Part shown: piece by piece, positions 63,268-64,000 of the stretch
How the letters are laid out: each line of letters opens with the position of its first letter
Position numbering within the stretch: position 1 is the stretch's first letter
Source: Scyliorhinus canicula
Lineage: Eukaryota
Length of the DNA: 64,000 nucleotides
Direction: 5' to 3'
Assembly: GCF_902713615.1 (NCBI RefSeq)
Contig: NC_052153.1
Location: forward strand, 139,293,879 to 139,357,878
Made by a program: the position numbers and the translations under genes
The notes under the pieces: generated by a model
What the model was told of the DNA's origin: nothing
Databases searched by the model: none
What the model saw: only the letters and a program-made list of their open reading frames with translations

Positions 63268-63840
63268 GGGCTGGATTTTCCAATTCTGGATTTTCCAATT
63301 CTCCACGCCGGCTTGGGAATGGTGGCGTTTATGCAAAACGGACACCGATTCCCCATTTTGCTGGGGGCTAGCAGGATGGTAGCGTAGAGCAGTTGGCACA
63401 TGCTGCTAATATGCCCCAGAGAATTGCTGGGTCCATGGCCGTGCATGTGTACGGCAGTGGCCTGCAGCGGCCGTACCATGCTTCATGGCAGAGACCACTC
63501 GCGGACCCGGCCTGCGAAATAGTCCACCCCTTTGGCTGGCTTGCGCGCCCCGGACCACCCCCCACAGCGCCCCCAGCCCCGAATAATGTCTCTTACCTGC
63601 CCACAGATTGGCCCTCCCCCGAATGTGGCGGCACTGGACTGATTCCGCAGCTGCCACGCTGAGTTCCCAATGGATGAGACCACACGTCTCCCGTGCCATC
63701 GGAAGCTCGGCCGGTCAGGTGCGGTGCATTGGGGGGGGGCGGGCTTCAGGCAATGGCCTGAGGCTTGTCGATATGTGGCACGGCATACTCTGCGATTCGG
63801 TCGGGAAATGAGAGTCTCCGGCCATTCGCCGACCACGATT
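63268..63840. mobile_element. GC-rich MITE, right end missing
   Basis: Left TIR GGGCTGGATTTTCC after CAG. Confidence 0.75.
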
Positions 63841-63844
63841 TCAG

Positions 63845-64000
63845 ATAAAGTGGTGGAAAGATTTAGGAAGGGAATTACAGAGTTTATGTTCGTGGCAGCT
63901 GAAGCCACTGTCACAAAACGATAGACTGATTAAAATCAGGGATGGTCAAGAAGCCAGATTTTGCCTCAGTATTCACCAAAGAGAAGGACTTGGTGGATGA
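63845..64000 (+). mobile_element. LINE (CR1/L2) fragments
   Basis: FASVFTKEKD at the window end. Confidence 0.5.

Overview
This is vertebrate, almost certainly elasmobranch (shark), genomic DNA, judged from HE1-type V-SINEs and HER1/CR1 LINEs. It is intronic or intergenic and roughly two-thirds transposon relics by eye: CR1, L2, RTE, Rex1/Babar, Ingi-like and L1 fragments, several tRNA-derived SINE families, two decayed Gypsy elements, a solo LTR, Penelope-like termini and many GC-rich PIF/Harbinger MITEs. I find no intact protein-coding gene, RNA gene or CRISPR array. The most unusual structure spans 44.1-49.3 kb. Two diverged Harbinger 5' halves are fused tail-to-tail into a ~5 kb imperfect palindrome, and at the same internal position each carries different cargo. 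The left arm carries an intronless TAF12 fragment; the right carries a motif-plus-variable-segment array. Other points of interest are modular SINE head/tail swapping, a full-length LF-SINE-like copy in a TE-poor island, a p53-type site created by a tandem duplication, and a weak candidate chain of host exons. All homology calls are by eye and from memory, and boundaries of old repeats are approximate.
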